Program-made: the position numbers and the translations under genes
Part shown: in pieces, positions 42,040-55,490 of the stretch
Layout of the letters: each line of letters opens with the position of its first letter
Position numbering within the stretch: the first letter of the stretch is position 1
Notes under the pieces: generated by a model
Seen by the model: only the letters and a program-made list of their open reading frames with translations
What the model was told of the DNA's origin: nothing
Database searches by the model: none
Assembly: GCA_964016885.1 (NCBI GenBank)
Contig: OZ024740.1
Location: 226,920,001 to 226,984,000 of the forward strand
Reading direction: 5' to 3'
Origin: Eledone cirrhosa
Lineage: Eukaryota
DNA: 64,000 nucleotides

Positions 42040-43546
42040 GAGTGAGAGAGAGAGACTAATAAATTTGTTTAATCATTGAAACTACACATTTCTATATAAA
42101 CCTCACATATACACAGCTACACTTAGTTTAAATTCATTTAGCATATAAAACACATAAATATCTCAAAATGAATCCTAATACCTCTAATCACAGAGAGAGG
42201 GGGAAGAGAGAAAGAGCCAAGAAGAGAGAGAGAGAGAGAGGGTGTGGCAAGTGGTGAAGTGATTATACATAATATATGCAATATGTAATATATAGATAAT
42301 ACATACATAATAACTGTAATAATCATAAGTTACAAGTGCAATCTACATAATATATGATGAGTATATACAAAATATATAAATCATCTATTAAATATATTCA
42401 ATTTATATGAAATATATACAATATATATAAAATATATATGACATATATAAAATATATACAACATATAATATGATAAAATTATAATAAACATACATGCCTA
42501 ACCACATAAACAAGCAAAAGTTAACACATTAATATGCACACTCTAAAATCAAAATCCTTTTATGTTTAGCAATTTCAGATGAAGTTATATCAACATCAAT
42601 GAGAATATTAAATGCACTGACGCAGGAGCTAGAAATAAGAAAAATGAATCAATAAATACAATGATGATAAAAAATACAAAACCAACGATATCAACAGCCA
42701 CAAAATTAGACTTCTCTATGTATATTATATGACACAAAATATTTCTTTGAAGTAGAGTGCAAGAAAGTTAAATTTTTGATAAAGGTAGCCTCAGGTAGTA
42801 TGTAAATATTTACAACTCTAATTAGCAAATCCCTCACTATTACAGTAGTATTTTGAATATCTTTTCCATGTACAAATATGAAATAGCAAAAATATTATTT
42901 GTTAATAAATAGTCTAGAATTCTCACCATTCATTATAATTAGTGGTAACACTAATACAGCCTCATTCAGAATAAAACATATACAGACCCACATACAATAT
43001 GTTTATGTAATAGATGTACTGGATGGACATGATTACAGCTAAAAATTCTCATAACAAGACTAAATATATGTTTATTATATGTTTATGATATGTAAACATA
43101 ATGTATGTGCTTATCATCATCATCATCAGCAGCAACAGCAGCGTTTAACATCCATTGTTCCATGTTAACATGCGCCCGACAAGTTCTATGGGAGATAAGT
43201 CAAATCATGTGACTGTCTTTCTCATAGAGTACTGGATGCTTTTCTTAACACTAACCACATTTACAGCATGGACTGGGTACTTTTTATTGTGGCACCAAAA
43301 CGACCACTTTGCAAGGTGGACTGGGTGCATTTTGTCATGCATATATATATATACCTTTATTCTAAATCATGCTAATTAATACTTGCTTGCACTGTATGAA
43401 AATAAGATTTCAAAAAGAATCGTATAGTTTGTTTATAAAATATACAAGATGATATTGTCTTTTATATATCAGCACTTAGGCATAAAGTAGTGAGTGATGA
43501 TTCATAAAAAACCTTTGGTTTTACTTGTGTTGATAATGACTTACAG

Positions 43547-44169
43547 CAGTAATTTTCAACCTTTTTACCATCTTCAGCACGAAGGTGCATAGCTTGGTGG
43601 TTAGAACACTGGGCTTGCAATTGTAAGGTTGTGAGTTTGATTCCTGGACCAAGTATTTTGTCATTGCAGAAGACACTTTATTTCATGCTGCTCCAATTTA
43701 CTCAGCTGTAGAAATAAGTTGTGATGTCACAGATGCCAAGCTGCATTGACCATTACCTTTCCTTTGGACTACAGTGGTGGTGGGGAGAGGGGCAGGTATG
43801 CATGGGCGACTGCTGGTCTTCCACAAACAATTTTTCCCAGACTTGTACATCAGAGGGGAACTTTCTAGGTGTAAAGACCGTGATCATTTATGACCGAAGG
43901 GGGTCATTACCATGTTCAGCATACTGAACAAAATACTAAATCTTTTATGGCACACCATAAGCTTTCTAAAAGTTATATTATATAAAAAGAAGTATCAAAA
44001 TTGTAGGACAGAGATGAGACCATTGTTGCACTTTACGGCAAATGAATGTAGATGTATAATAGTGTGAGGTACTGAAACTACTCGATTGTACAAGGTTAAA
44101 ATTAAAGGCACACTTGTGGGCCTCACACAGTACAGGAGTGTGCTGAGGCACAGTGGCTGAAAACATCTC
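43547..44169. mobile_element. Old hAT-type MITE interrupted by a SINE
   Basis: Ends CAGTAATTTTCAACC and GCTGAAAACATCTC resemble the reverse complement of 59685-59909. Degenerate 8-bp flanks ACTTACAG and ACTTAGAA. Confidence 0.55.
43581..43910 (+). mobile_element. tRNA-headed CORE-like SINE with a third type of tail, nested in the MITE
   Basis: Head and centre like family B. Flanked by CATCTTCAGCA (43569-43579) and CATGTTCAGCA (43911-43921). Confidence 0.7.
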
Positions 44170-44658
44170 ACTTAGAAAAATGCATGACTACCTCAACAAC
44201 TGCTTGAACAAAGCCCTTGCATTTCACTAAAAGTAACGCATACTGCTACATCAATGTTTTGAAAACACTTCTATTATCAAATATCTATGTACGTGTTTTT
44301 AATACATCTATGACAATATGAGAAAAGGAGACAGAGAAACGAAGAATTTTCAAGAGAGAAAGAGAGGGAGAGAGAGAGAGGGGGAAGAAATGAAAACAAG
44401 CTGCATAAATATTCAGCATGAAAGAGAGTATTGTCAAATACATAATATTTTGCTATTGTTCATCAAATGAGATTTAATGTAGCAGATATGCAAATGAAGA
44501 ACTTTGCTAGCATTGAATGTTAAACAGACAATTTGGGTAATGTTGATAATGTTGATGCTGCTGAAAAGGATAATGATGAAAAAATATCATGCACAAACAT
44601 ACCCTTTACGGACGAAAAAACAATGATGATGATGATATATATATATATATACATATAT

Positions 44659-44995
44659 AATTCGTTTTTGAATTTGTTTTGTGAGATTTCTTATCTGAAA
44701 ACGTGTGTTGAAACAGATATTGTTATACTTTGGGAGGGTCATGCTGCCAATAAAAACACACGCACCTGTTGGTTTTCACACAAAAACAACATGATATAAG
44801 ACAGAACAAAGGAGAGACACAAAATAAAAACCTAGTCACTGAGGAGGTCACAGAATGTGTGATGAAAGATCTTTGACACTATATAACCTTCTGGTTATCA
44901 AACCAACCAACCAGAAACTTATAATAAATTGAAGTGAAAACCAACAGGTGCATGTATTTTTATTAGCACCATGACCCTCCCAAAGTATAGCAATA
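44659..44995 (+). mobile_element. Hammerhead-containing family P2 copy with 5' inversion
   Basis: 44659-44780 is an inverted copy of the P2 3' end, followed by the direct segment containing the hammerhead. (TA)n flanks. Confidence 0.75.
44835..44877 (+). ncRNA. Minimal type I hammerhead ribozyme motif with palindromic stem III
   Basis: GUCA-CUGAGGA-G-GUCACA-gaaug-UGUGAU-GAA-AGAUCU-U-UGAC. Confidence 0.78.
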
Positions 44996-45001
44996 TATAT
45001 A

Positions 45002-45333
45002 TAAAATACAATATGTTGAAAAGGTAAAACACCAGAGAGAGATATACAGTGCGCTATCAATAAAACAGGGAAAAAACCACCAGTGTATGGAATCTATAAC
45101 CTATGAAAGGCAGACTATAGACAGGATAATTAAAAATATAAATATAGATTCCATACACTGGTGGTTTTTACCCTGTTTTATTGATAGCGCACTGTATATC
45201 TCTCTCTGGTGTGTTACCTTTTCAACATATTGTATTTTAAAGAGCTCAGGATTTCTTCTCCTTTGAGCACATTATTTACAGGGAATGGCGAGGGCCTATG
45301 GCTCCGTTAATTTATTGTGTTAATTTATCGTGA
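45002..45333. mobile_element. (TA)n-embedded fold-back element with 97-bp arms
   Basis: Arms 45002-45098 and 45143-45239 (a few mismatches) around a 44-bp spacer, then a unique tail to ~45333 and (TA)n. Confidence 0.65.
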
Positions 45334-45365
45334 TATATATATATATATATATATATATGTGTATG

Positions 45366-45462
<97 letters not shown>

Positions 45463-45514
45463 TGTTATATATATAAATATATATATATATATAAATAAAT
45501 ATATATAAATATAT

Positions 45515-45545
<31 letters not shown>

Positions 45546-45590
45546 AATATATATATATATAAATATTTATATTGTTATATATATAAATAT

Positions 45591-45624
<34 letters not shown>

Positions 45625-45962
45625 TGTTATATATATGTATATATATTGTTATATATATATATATGTGTGCGTGTGTATTATACATATAGTACATCTTACA
45701 CATATTCACTGAGGGGTAGATCCCAAAAAGTAATTTACAACAAACACTTCACAAACATCTTACCCTAGGGGTATAGTCTTAGTTAAGCAGGCTAAAGCTA
45801 GAAGTCTTTGCTACGTTCCCTTACTGCAGTTTCCAAGATCAAGAACAATACTGACCATCCAAATAGATTGAGACAGTGTGTGTGTGTGTGTGTGGTGATG
45901 ATGATGGTGGTTTTGGTGGTGTTAGTGAGTGTAGTGGTGGTATTGTTATTGTTGTTGTTATT

Positions 45963-46211
45963 GAGGCACATGGCTTAGTGGTTAGAGCATTGGCCTTGCA
46001 ATCGAAAGGTTGTGAGTTCAATTCTGAGACCAGGTGATGTGTTGTTTCCTTGAGCAAGACACTTTATTTCACATTGCTCCAGTTTACTCAGCTGTAGAAA
46101 TGAGATGATAGGGACTGGGGTCCCTATCATTCCACTGCAAAGTGGTTGTGGAGGTGCCACGGAAAAAAAAGCACCCAGCACTCACTGTAAATGAGGTTGG
46201 GAAGGGCATCC
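45963..46211 (+). mobile_element. SINE family B, 5' part (split by an RTE insertion)
   Basis: Matches 14879-15130 and ends at GAAGGGCATCC. Confidence 0.88.
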
Positions 46212-47456
46212 TAAGACTAAAGTTCTAGTTTGTAGGAAAGAAAATAAGGCGCCGGTCCCTTCCGGGAAATGGCCATGCTCAGTGTGTAGGAAAGGCGTAG
46301 GTAGAAACTCCATTTTATGTCCCAAATGCAAAGTATGGGTGCATAAAAGATGTAGTGGGATCACAGGTAAGCTAACTAAGAACACAGATTTTACATGTGG
46401 CCAGTGCTCTGGTGCAATAAGTAGAAGCAAGTGCCCACAAAATACTAGCTCTTTCAACTGCGCAGAGGGTTCTATAGAAATAGTGGACAGCTTCCGTTAC
46501 CTGGGCGACAAAATCAGCAGTGGGGGAGGGTGCTCCGAAAGTACAGTAGCTAGAGTCAGAACTGGATGGAAAAAGTTCAGAGAGCTTATACCACTATTAA
46601 CCGCTAAAGGGTTCTCCCTAAAAGTGAAAGGCAGGTTGTATGATGCCTGCATACGAACAGCAATGTTGCATGGCAGTGAGACCTGGGCATTGTGTGCAGA
46701 GGATATACGCAGACTAGAGAGGAACGAAGCTTGCATGCTCCGCTGGATGTGTAACAGTAATATACGCGAACGGCAAAGCATAAACGAACTAAGGAAAAAA
46801 ATTAGAAATAAGAGGGATCAGATGTTGTTTACTCGAGAGAAGGCTACGTTGGTATGGTCACGTGATGCGCATGAAAGACGACAGCTGTATAACAAAGTGC
46901 AGGGCAATAAAGATAGATGGTAGCCACGGAGTAGGCAGACCCAGAAAAACCTGGGACGAGCTGATAAATTCCGACCTCACACACTTACACCTCTCCAAGA
47001 CAATGTCACTGGACCGAGACCTTTGGCGGTACTCAGTAACAGAGAAGACCCGCGTTACCTAAATACAAAATAAAACCTACTACAGTCAGTAGGCATCTCT
47101 AACAAAATACACCCCCGTCCCACCACCCCCACCCCATCCACACCGCCCCTTTCAATGTAAAGTTATGTTGGTGCCGCGCCATCCAGGCTGAAACAAATGA
47201 GATCGTGTAGGTGTCACGACAAAAAACACACAGTCCACGCTGTAATGTGGCCGTGTAGGCAACACGGTAAAAACGTCCCAGTCCCACACTGTAAATGTGG
47301 TTGGTGTTAGGAAGGGCATCCAACTGTAGAAAACCCGGCAGACAGTCCTATGCGAGCAAGACAACCACTCTTGCCTCAAGTGGGAAAACTCCCGTCCAAA
47401 CCCATGCAAGCATGGAACACGGACGTTAAACGATGATGATGATGATGATGATGATG
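46212..47456 (+). mobile_element. 5'-truncated RTE-clade LINE (subfamily B): end of RT, PHD-type finger, thumb/C-terminus, 3'UTR, (GAT)n
   Basis: KTKVL...PCSVC...LCPKC..WVHKRC...FTCGQC...VDSFRYLG...MLHGSETW...RRLRWYGHV...GRPRKTW...DRDLWR. Frameshift in the A run at ~46795-46801; stop at 47060-47062. Confidence 0.92.
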
Positions 47457-47457
47457 T

Positions 47458-47550
47458 TCCAGCTGTAGAAATCAAGCCAGAATCAGTTCCCGTCCCTCCC
47501 TTGCAAGCAGGGAAAAGAGGACGTAAAATGAAATGATGATGATGATGATG
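47458..47550 (+). mobile_element. SINE family B, 3' part (continuation of 45963-46211)
   Basis: Resumes TCCAGCTGTAGAAATCAAGCCAG where the 5' part stopped. Confidence 0.85.
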
Positions 47551-48395
47551 ATTGGTAGTGGCAGTGGTGATGGTGGTGGTGGTGGTGGTGGTGGTGGTGA
47601 TGGTGTTTTTTGGTGGTGTTGTCACTGGTAGTGGTAGTGATGGTAGTAGTGGTAGTGATGATATTGTTGTTATTGTTGTTATTGGTAGTGATAGTGATGG
47701 TGGTGTTAACTGATGTCAGTGATTGTGGTGGTGTGTAGGGGGTGGGTATTGTTGTTGTTATCGGTGTGTGGTAATTCATTAAATTAATCTGATTATTACT
47801 AACATTGATGATGTTAGAAGTTCAGTCTTCTGTCTAGCAAACACAAGAAGAACATTGCTTTTTATTGCTTTGTATGATGTTTTCTTTCTTTTGATGTGAT
47901 TCTGGTGTGATTTCTATAGAACGCGAGCTCTACTGAACTTCACAGTCTTAAGTCTTGCTGGATCTGTCTGCATTTGACAACAACACTTTTTATAAAGACT
48001 TCAGTTTACTGCAGTTCATTAAGTGATTTGTTTAAATCAGCTCTATCTCCAAGACCTCGGTAGATCATGACAGACAAACAAATGCAACAAATGGACAAAT
48101 TCTTTTTTTTTTTTAATTCTTTAAGAAAAATCTATAAAAAATGGAATTTTGTAGAATTGATCGTGTCTGTTTATATTTTCTTAGTACAAACACACATACA
48201 TATGTACATGTATTGATATATACATACATGTATGTGTGTGTGTGCTTGTGTATATCTACATGTATATCTATATATATATATGTAGGCATACATACATGTA
48301 TATATACAAATATGTAAATATTTATATGCATAGAAACATTTTATATATATATATATACATATCTATATACTCACACACACATATATATATATATA

Positions 48396-48459
<64 letters not shown>

Positions 48460-49096
48460 TACATACACACACACACACACATATATATATATGTATATAT
48501 ATGTGTATGTTTGGTGTGTTTAAGTATATATATGTGTGTGCATGTGTGTATACACTTGTTTATATCTATTTGAAAATAGAAGACCATAGGTAAAAAAACT
48601 TAAATGATGTATATAATATAGATGAAGATTAACAAAAATAAAACTATATAGAGAATCGAAAGAAACATTTTGAAAATGTTTTCTGTAGGAAAGTACAGGT
48701 TTTATATAGCTCTGACATTTATTCTCGTCACTTCCAGCATCGTTAGTAGAAGTGTTTGTTTGCTGTAAGATAGAAGTATATCTGAGATTTGAATGAAAGA
48801 AAGTGCAAAAAGAGGCAGATAGAGAGAGAGGGAGAGAGAGACGGACAGACAGACAGAGAGACAGAAAGAGAAAGTGGAGAAAGACAGACATACAAACAGA
48901 TTGAGAAGAAGCAACAATGGTTTGAAGGAGAGAAGACAGGACAGAAAAATAAGCATGTGACACAAAAATGGGCAATGATTTCTCTGTAAATATGGAAATA
49001 TATACATACAAATATTAGGGGTGTGTATGAAAGCATATACACCCCTATTATACTTAAACGCTGCCTTAGTGTTACTGGTAATATATATATATATAT

Positions 49097-49300
49097 ATAG
49101 GAACGAGTAGGACCCCGAAGGCTGAGCTCAAGCCGTTTCAATGGCTAATTCTGGACTCAGAGTCCAGAATTAGCCGTCAAAACGGCTTAAGCTCAGCCGT
49201 CGAGGTCCTACTCGTTCCTATTACCCACTCTACTACCCTAAGTATTGAGTACTTTGGTGTGTTATGGTCCATCTGGTTCCTTACCACATTTCCTTCGTTA
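49097..49300 (+). mobile_element. Fold-back element family P1
   Basis: ~60-bp inverted arms plus P1 body. (TA)n on both sides. Confidence 0.8.
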
Positions 49301-49310
49301 TATATATATA

Positions 49311-49545
49311 TATTGCTGTATTTGGAGAGGGTCATGTTGTTATGATATTGCCAGAAATATATAAAATAAAATATACTCACTGTTTGGTTTGGGTTTGTTT
49401 ACACTTCAGTATATTTTATATTTCTATAATTAATTCAGCTGGCAATCAATGTTTATCATTGATTGACCAACAGTTAAAAATACAGATATAAATATAGTCT
49501 CTCAGAGTTCTTTCGTCACACACCTGTGACATCATCAGTGATACT
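49311..49545 (-). mobile_element. Diverged P2 subfamily copy
   Basis: GAGGGTCATGTTG and CACTTCA motifs shared with P2, plus the hammerhead. Confidence 0.6.
49502..49541 (-). ncRNA. Minimal type I hammerhead ribozyme motif
   Basis: UCA-CUGAUGA-U-GUCACA-ggug-UGUGAC-GAAA-GAAC-UC-UGA; triplet CUC. Confidence 0.78.
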
Positions 49546-51029
49546 ATTATATCATAATATCATCATCATCATCATCATTTCATATTCGTTTTCACTGCCA
49601 GCAAGGGTTAGACAAGTCATCACAGACAAATTCAGTCCTTAATCAGATTACTGATTTCACACTTTAGAGTGTGCACCATACACTAAGCACTAAGCACTAA
49701 GGAGGTCATTATGTCTTTGCCACAACTGAAAAGTCTTCATTACTCATTGTTTGGCAAGGTTTCTATGGCTGATTACGTTTCCTATCACCAACTACTCTTG
49801 AGAGTTTCCTGAGTAGATTTGATCATATAACCAACACGAGAGAAGTTGTTGTGCCCTTGGTACAACTAAAGAGTCCTCTCAACCCATATTTGGCATGGTT
49901 TCAACAGCTGGGCACTCTTTCAATCACCATTCACCACTTACTGGTGGTGGCTAAAAAGATTGTCACCAGGTAGAGCATCTGTAGGACATTGCCTCATAAA
50001 GGAGCAGAGGATGAGTATGAAGCCTATCAAGGGATCCATAAGGTTAACCCATGCTTTAACAAAGAAAATGCCCTTAAAATGCTTGTTGTGGTAGTTAATC
50101 TGTTAGACTTAAGTTCATCAGGTTGTGGGTTCAATACTTGACCAGGTGGTATGTGCCATGTTTGAGCAAGATGCATCATTTAAAGTTGTTTTTCATGATA
50201 GGAGAGTATGAAGCCTGTCAAGGGACCCACCACGCTAACATATGATTTAACAAGGGAAATGCCCTTAAAATGTTTGTTGTGGTAGCTAGTGTGTTAGACT
50301 GATGATTATAAGGTCGTGGGTTCGATTCCTTGACTAGATGGAATGTGGCATTTTTGAGCAAGCAGCTTCATTTAATGTTATTTCTCATAATAGGACTGGG
50401 GCACATATCATTAAAACATCCAAGAAACCTCCTTTGATACCCAACCTCACAGAAAGACAGTTAGGCATGGGCTGTAAATTTTATTTCATTGTTTGTTATT
50501 TGTTTTTTGTTTTTATTACACACTGCCTATGATAGAGTGTGAACTCTTGTTACTTGGAACAGTAAATCCAGTCCCTTAATCTCTTAGCCATCATGACTGT
50601 TTGTGATCAATCACCGAAAAAAAAAAAAACGAAACAAAGAGAAACCCATTACACAAATTAATGCTGTTGTTTTATTCATTAGTTTGGGAAGATTAAGTAT
50701 TGGGACAGGAAGTAGGGAGTAAAAAAAAAGACTGTTATACATTAACTATACTAGTACATATGTGCATAAATAACAAACTTCTCACTTCTCTCTCACTTGC
50801 TATTTATCTCTATTTTACTCATTCCTTATTTATTTCTCAATTACTTTTTCCATCTTTCTAAATCACACATCAACTATCTCTCATTTACTCCATCTATTTT
50901 TCATTCATTCTTTCTATCCGTCTCTCACCCAGTCTTTCTATCTATCTCTCATTCTTCATTCTTTCGATTTCACTCTTATTTGCTATCTATCTTCCTTTCA
51001 CTTATTTTTTCTATCCTTCTCTCATTCAG

Positions 51030-51033
51030 TCTT

Positions 51034-51094
<61 letters not shown>

Positions 51095-51348
51095 GTCTTT
51101 CTATCTATCTCTCATTCACTCTCTACTTTCTATCTCTCTCTCATTCACTCTCTCTATTCTCTCTCTCTCACTCTCTCTCTCTCTCAGTCTTTCTCTCTAT
51201 CTCTCATTCACTCTCTACTCTCTCTCTCTCCCTCTCTCATTCACTCTCTCTACTCTCTCTCTCACTCTCTCTCTCTCAGTCTTTCTATCTATCTCTCATT
51301 CACTCTCTACTCTCTCTCTCTCTCTCTCTCTCTCAGTCTTTCTATCTC

Positions 51349-51388
<40 letters not shown>

Positions 51389-51440
51389 AGTCTTTCTATC
51401 TCTCTCTCATTCACTCTCTATCTTTCTCTCTCTCATTCAC
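51030..51440. repeat. (CT)n-rich compound microsatellite
   Basis: CT runs with a recurring CAGTCTTTCTATCTCTCATTCA motif. Confidence 0.9.
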
Positions 51441-51908
51441 TCCAGCATTCTCTCACTTTCTGCCTTATTCTCATCCACTCTCTACCTTGCTCTCTTCCAT
51501 TCACACACATATACATACATGCATACACATACACACATGCACACATACACACACATATACACACATGCACACACATGCACACACATACACACATACACAC
51601 ACAGACATACTCAACAGAATTCCACAGTTTCTGTTTACTAAATTTCCCTCACAAGATATATGCTACCCCATCTCTATATTAGAAGTTACTCAACCAGGGT
51701 GCCCCACGGTGGGAAGGAGCCTAAATCCTCATGGTTGCAGAGCATCCATGGCTGTGCTACAGTAGTAATATTTCCATAGTATTAGATCAACATACTCTCA
51801 TAGACACATTAATACATAGATATGCATATACACACATGAACACATACACACCTATAAAAAGTCATATGACTACTCATTGTAATTACAAGTAACACATAGT
51901 AATAGATG

Positions 51909-52449
51909 TATACACATACACATAATCACATGAACCTACACAATGATAAACCTGAATGCACACACACACACACACATACACATAATCACATGAACCTACA
52001 CAATGATAAACCTGAATGCACACACACACATACATACACACATACACATAATCACATGAACCTACACAATGATAAACCTGAATGCACACACACACACACA
52101 CATACACATAATCACATGAACCTACACAATGATAAACCTGAATGCACACACACACATACATACACACATACACACAATCACATGAACCTACACAATGATA
52201 AACCTGAATGCACACACACACACATACACATACACATAATCACATGAACCTACACAATGATAAACCTGAATGCACACACACACACATACACACATACACA
52301 TAATCACATGAACCTACACAATGATAAACCTGAATGCACACACACACACATACACATACACATAATCACATGAACCTACACAATGATAAACCTGAACACA
52401 CACACACACACACACATACACACAATCACATGAACCTACACAATGATAA

Positions 52450-52491
<42 letters not shown>

Positions 52492-52790
52492 ACACAATCA
52501 CATGAACCTACACAATGATAAACCTGAACACACACACACACACACACATACACACAATCACATGAACCTACACAATGATAAACCTGAACACACACACACA
52601 CATACACACAATCACATGAACCTACACAATGATAAACCTGAACACACACACACACACATACACACATTCTCATAATCACATGAACTTACACAATGATAAA
52701 CCTGAACAGACACACACACACATTTATACACACATTCTCATAATCACATGAACTTACACAATGATAAAAATGAACACACACACACACACA
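51909..52790. repeat. Compound minisatellite: ~14 copies of a constant ~33-bp core separated by variable (CA)n spacers
   Basis: Core AATCACATGAACCTACACAATGATAAACCTGAA recurs every ~54-72 bp. Confidence 0.92.
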
Positions 52791-53833
52791 CACACATACA
52801 CATATAAATATAAATGCACTCAAAATAGAGGCATTCTCACACACACACAGAGACCTACATATATTCTCCTACTCATATGCACATACATACATACAGATAT
52901 ACAGATATACACTCAGAAGCAATCACTCACACATGCACTTGTACATATACCAACTTATCCATCCGTTCATACAGATATACACACATACATACATTCATAC
53001 ATACACACATACATACATACATACATATATACACACATGCATACATACATACATACATATATACATACATACATACATACATACATACATACAGATATAC
53101 ACTCAGAAGCAATCACTCACACATGCACTTGTACATATACCAACTTATCCATCCGTTCATACAGATATACACACATACATACATACATACACACATACAT
53201 ACATACATACATACATACATACATACATACATACATACACACATACATACATACATACATACATACATACATACATACATACATACATACATACATACAT
53301 ACATACCGATATACACACATTCAAACACATATATATTCACACTTAAAAGCATAAAAAATCTATAAGTGCCAGGAAGGAGCTCAAAGACAATGTGTCTACA
53401 TAGGAATCACACATTTCCTGGGTATGAAACATTAATCTCTTCACTAAGCATTTACAATTCATTGTGATTAAGATTGGTTGGTTCAATTATTTCTTGTAGC
53501 AGCCATATTGCAATGGGTGAAAATCTACTTTATAATTTAGTAGTAGTGATTTATATACACTGTAGCTGGTTTATTAGATATCAAATGAGGCTATGCCATC
53601 ATCAATGTATGTGTGTGCATGTGTTTATGTATACTGTGTGTGTATGCTGTACACACACATGTACAATCACATGCACGCATGCACACACACACACATATAT
53701 ATGCAGACATAGATGTACAGAAGTACACTTTCTTACATATATGCCTATATTCCTACACATGCATTCACATTGTATACACATATATTGAATATATACACTC
53801 ACGTACATTCAATCTGTATTTATATAAAACCCT

Positions 53834-53883
<50 letters not shown>

Positions 53884-54035
53884 TGCTTTGACGTATAGAG
53901 TTACGGCCCTTGCCATTCTGAGGTCAAATCCCGCCGAGGTTAACTTTGCCTTTCATCCTTACGGGGTTGATAAAATAAAGTACCAGTAATGCACTGGGAT
54001 AATTGCTGGCCTTGTGCCAAACGTACAAACAATTA
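53884..54035 (+). mobile_element. SINE family C, 5'-truncated
   Basis: Matches 35580-35730. Confidence 0.8.
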
Positions 54036-55078
54036 TATATGTGTGAATGGGTGAATGTGTGTGTGTGTGTGTATATGAATGTGTAGCTGTGTGTGTGTGT
54101 GTATGTGTGTGTCCATGAATATGTAGATGTACATGCACAAGCAATCTTCTAAGCCTCGGGCAAGCAATAGAGAATGCTGACTGCATCAAGATTTTCCATG
54201 ATACATAACCAATATAGTCAATAGTTACTCTAATTCATTAAAAAGATACTATTTTTCTGTAAGGTATAATGTTATAGTAGAATCAATATGTAGTGCCAAT
54301 CAGAGAGTGGACAAACCAGATGTACTGTCTATCATTGACATTCAATGCACCCAAATATTTGAAAAGAGAAATACATGTTTCATTGAATCTAAAGATAGAC
54401 ACAAACATAGCTGTGTGGTTAAGATGTATAGTTAACATCTACATGGTTTCAGGTTCAATCCAATGTCATTGTACCTTGGACAAGTGTTTTTTACCATAGT
54501 CCTCGGTTGACTAAATCCTTGTGTGTGTTGTTTGATAAATGGAAACTATTCGAGAACCAATCAGAGGAACTGTTCCATTTTTGGGAGTTGGATGGGATGG
54601 TAAACTTAATCTATTGCCTAGTTCAACACCACTACCTTGATCCATTAATGTCTTTAGTGGAATCCTCTAAGCTAGAAGCATTCAGTCTAGGTCTGTGATC
54701 TTAGGATGACTTCTTTCTGTCCTCCCAGCCATCTCATAGATGCTCCTCTGGGTAAACAATAAAAAAACATTTTCAATAGGAAACTTGACTTAAATCTGTT
54801 GGAACAGGAAACAAACAAGCAAACGTCTGCTGTAGAAGAATCTCTTTTTTTTTTTTACATGTTTAGTCGGGAAACCAAGGCCATCAAGATTTGTAGAAAA
54901 AATATTGCAGAGAAAGTATCCTTTAACTACAGACCTAGCCTGAATATTTGCAACAGATAATAATGTTAAGCCAGGTATTACATCAAGCAATGAGTTAAAT
55001 CTACCACAAATGTATACCACAAATATATACCACACCATAGGATTTGAAATCAGAAAGCAAATAGCTGGAACAAATAAT

Positions 55079-55259
55079 TGTTTCTACATTTGGCACAAGG
55101 CCAGTAGTTATCCCAGTGCATTACTGGTACTTTATTTTATCGACCCCATAAGGATGAAAGGCAAAGTTAACCTTGGTGGGATTTGAACTCAGAATGGCAA
55201 GGGCCATAACTCTATGCATCAAAGCATGGCGTCTGACCCTCTACCAATACTGCCAATCC
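55079..55259 (-). mobile_element. SINE family C with 18-bp TSD
   Basis: TSD ATAGCTGGAACAAATAAT at 55061-55078 and 55260-55277. Confidence 0.88.
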
Positions 55260-55277
55260 ATAGCTGGAACAAATAAT

Positions 55278-55490
55278 GGTTTCTAGTTTAGGCATAAGGC
55301 CAACAATTTTGAGAGAGGAGTAAGTCGATTAAATCAACCCCAGTGTGTTACTGGTACTTTATTTTATTGACCTCATAAAGATGAAAGGCAAAACTAATCT
55401 TGGTGAGATTTGAACTCAGAATGTAAAGAGCCGTAACTCTATTCTGCAAAGCATGTTGTCCATCACTCTACTGATACTGCCGATCCCCTA
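55278..55490 (-). mobile_element. Older SINE family C variant
   Basis: Same motifs with the longer tail also seen at 11215-11425. Confidence 0.7.

Noticed and set aside
47800-48800. Possible minus-strand exons (acceptor-like sites near 48782 and 48132)
   Set aside because: No convincing donor site, no recognisable protein, and short frames.
50014-50390. ~190-bp tandem duplication (also 52899-53180)
   Set aside because: Ordinary local duplication of decayed repeat or microsatellite sequence with no sign of function.
51909-52790. CRISPR array
   Set aside because: Spacers are (CA)n microsatellite rather than unique sequence, there are no cas genes, and the context is eukaryotic.
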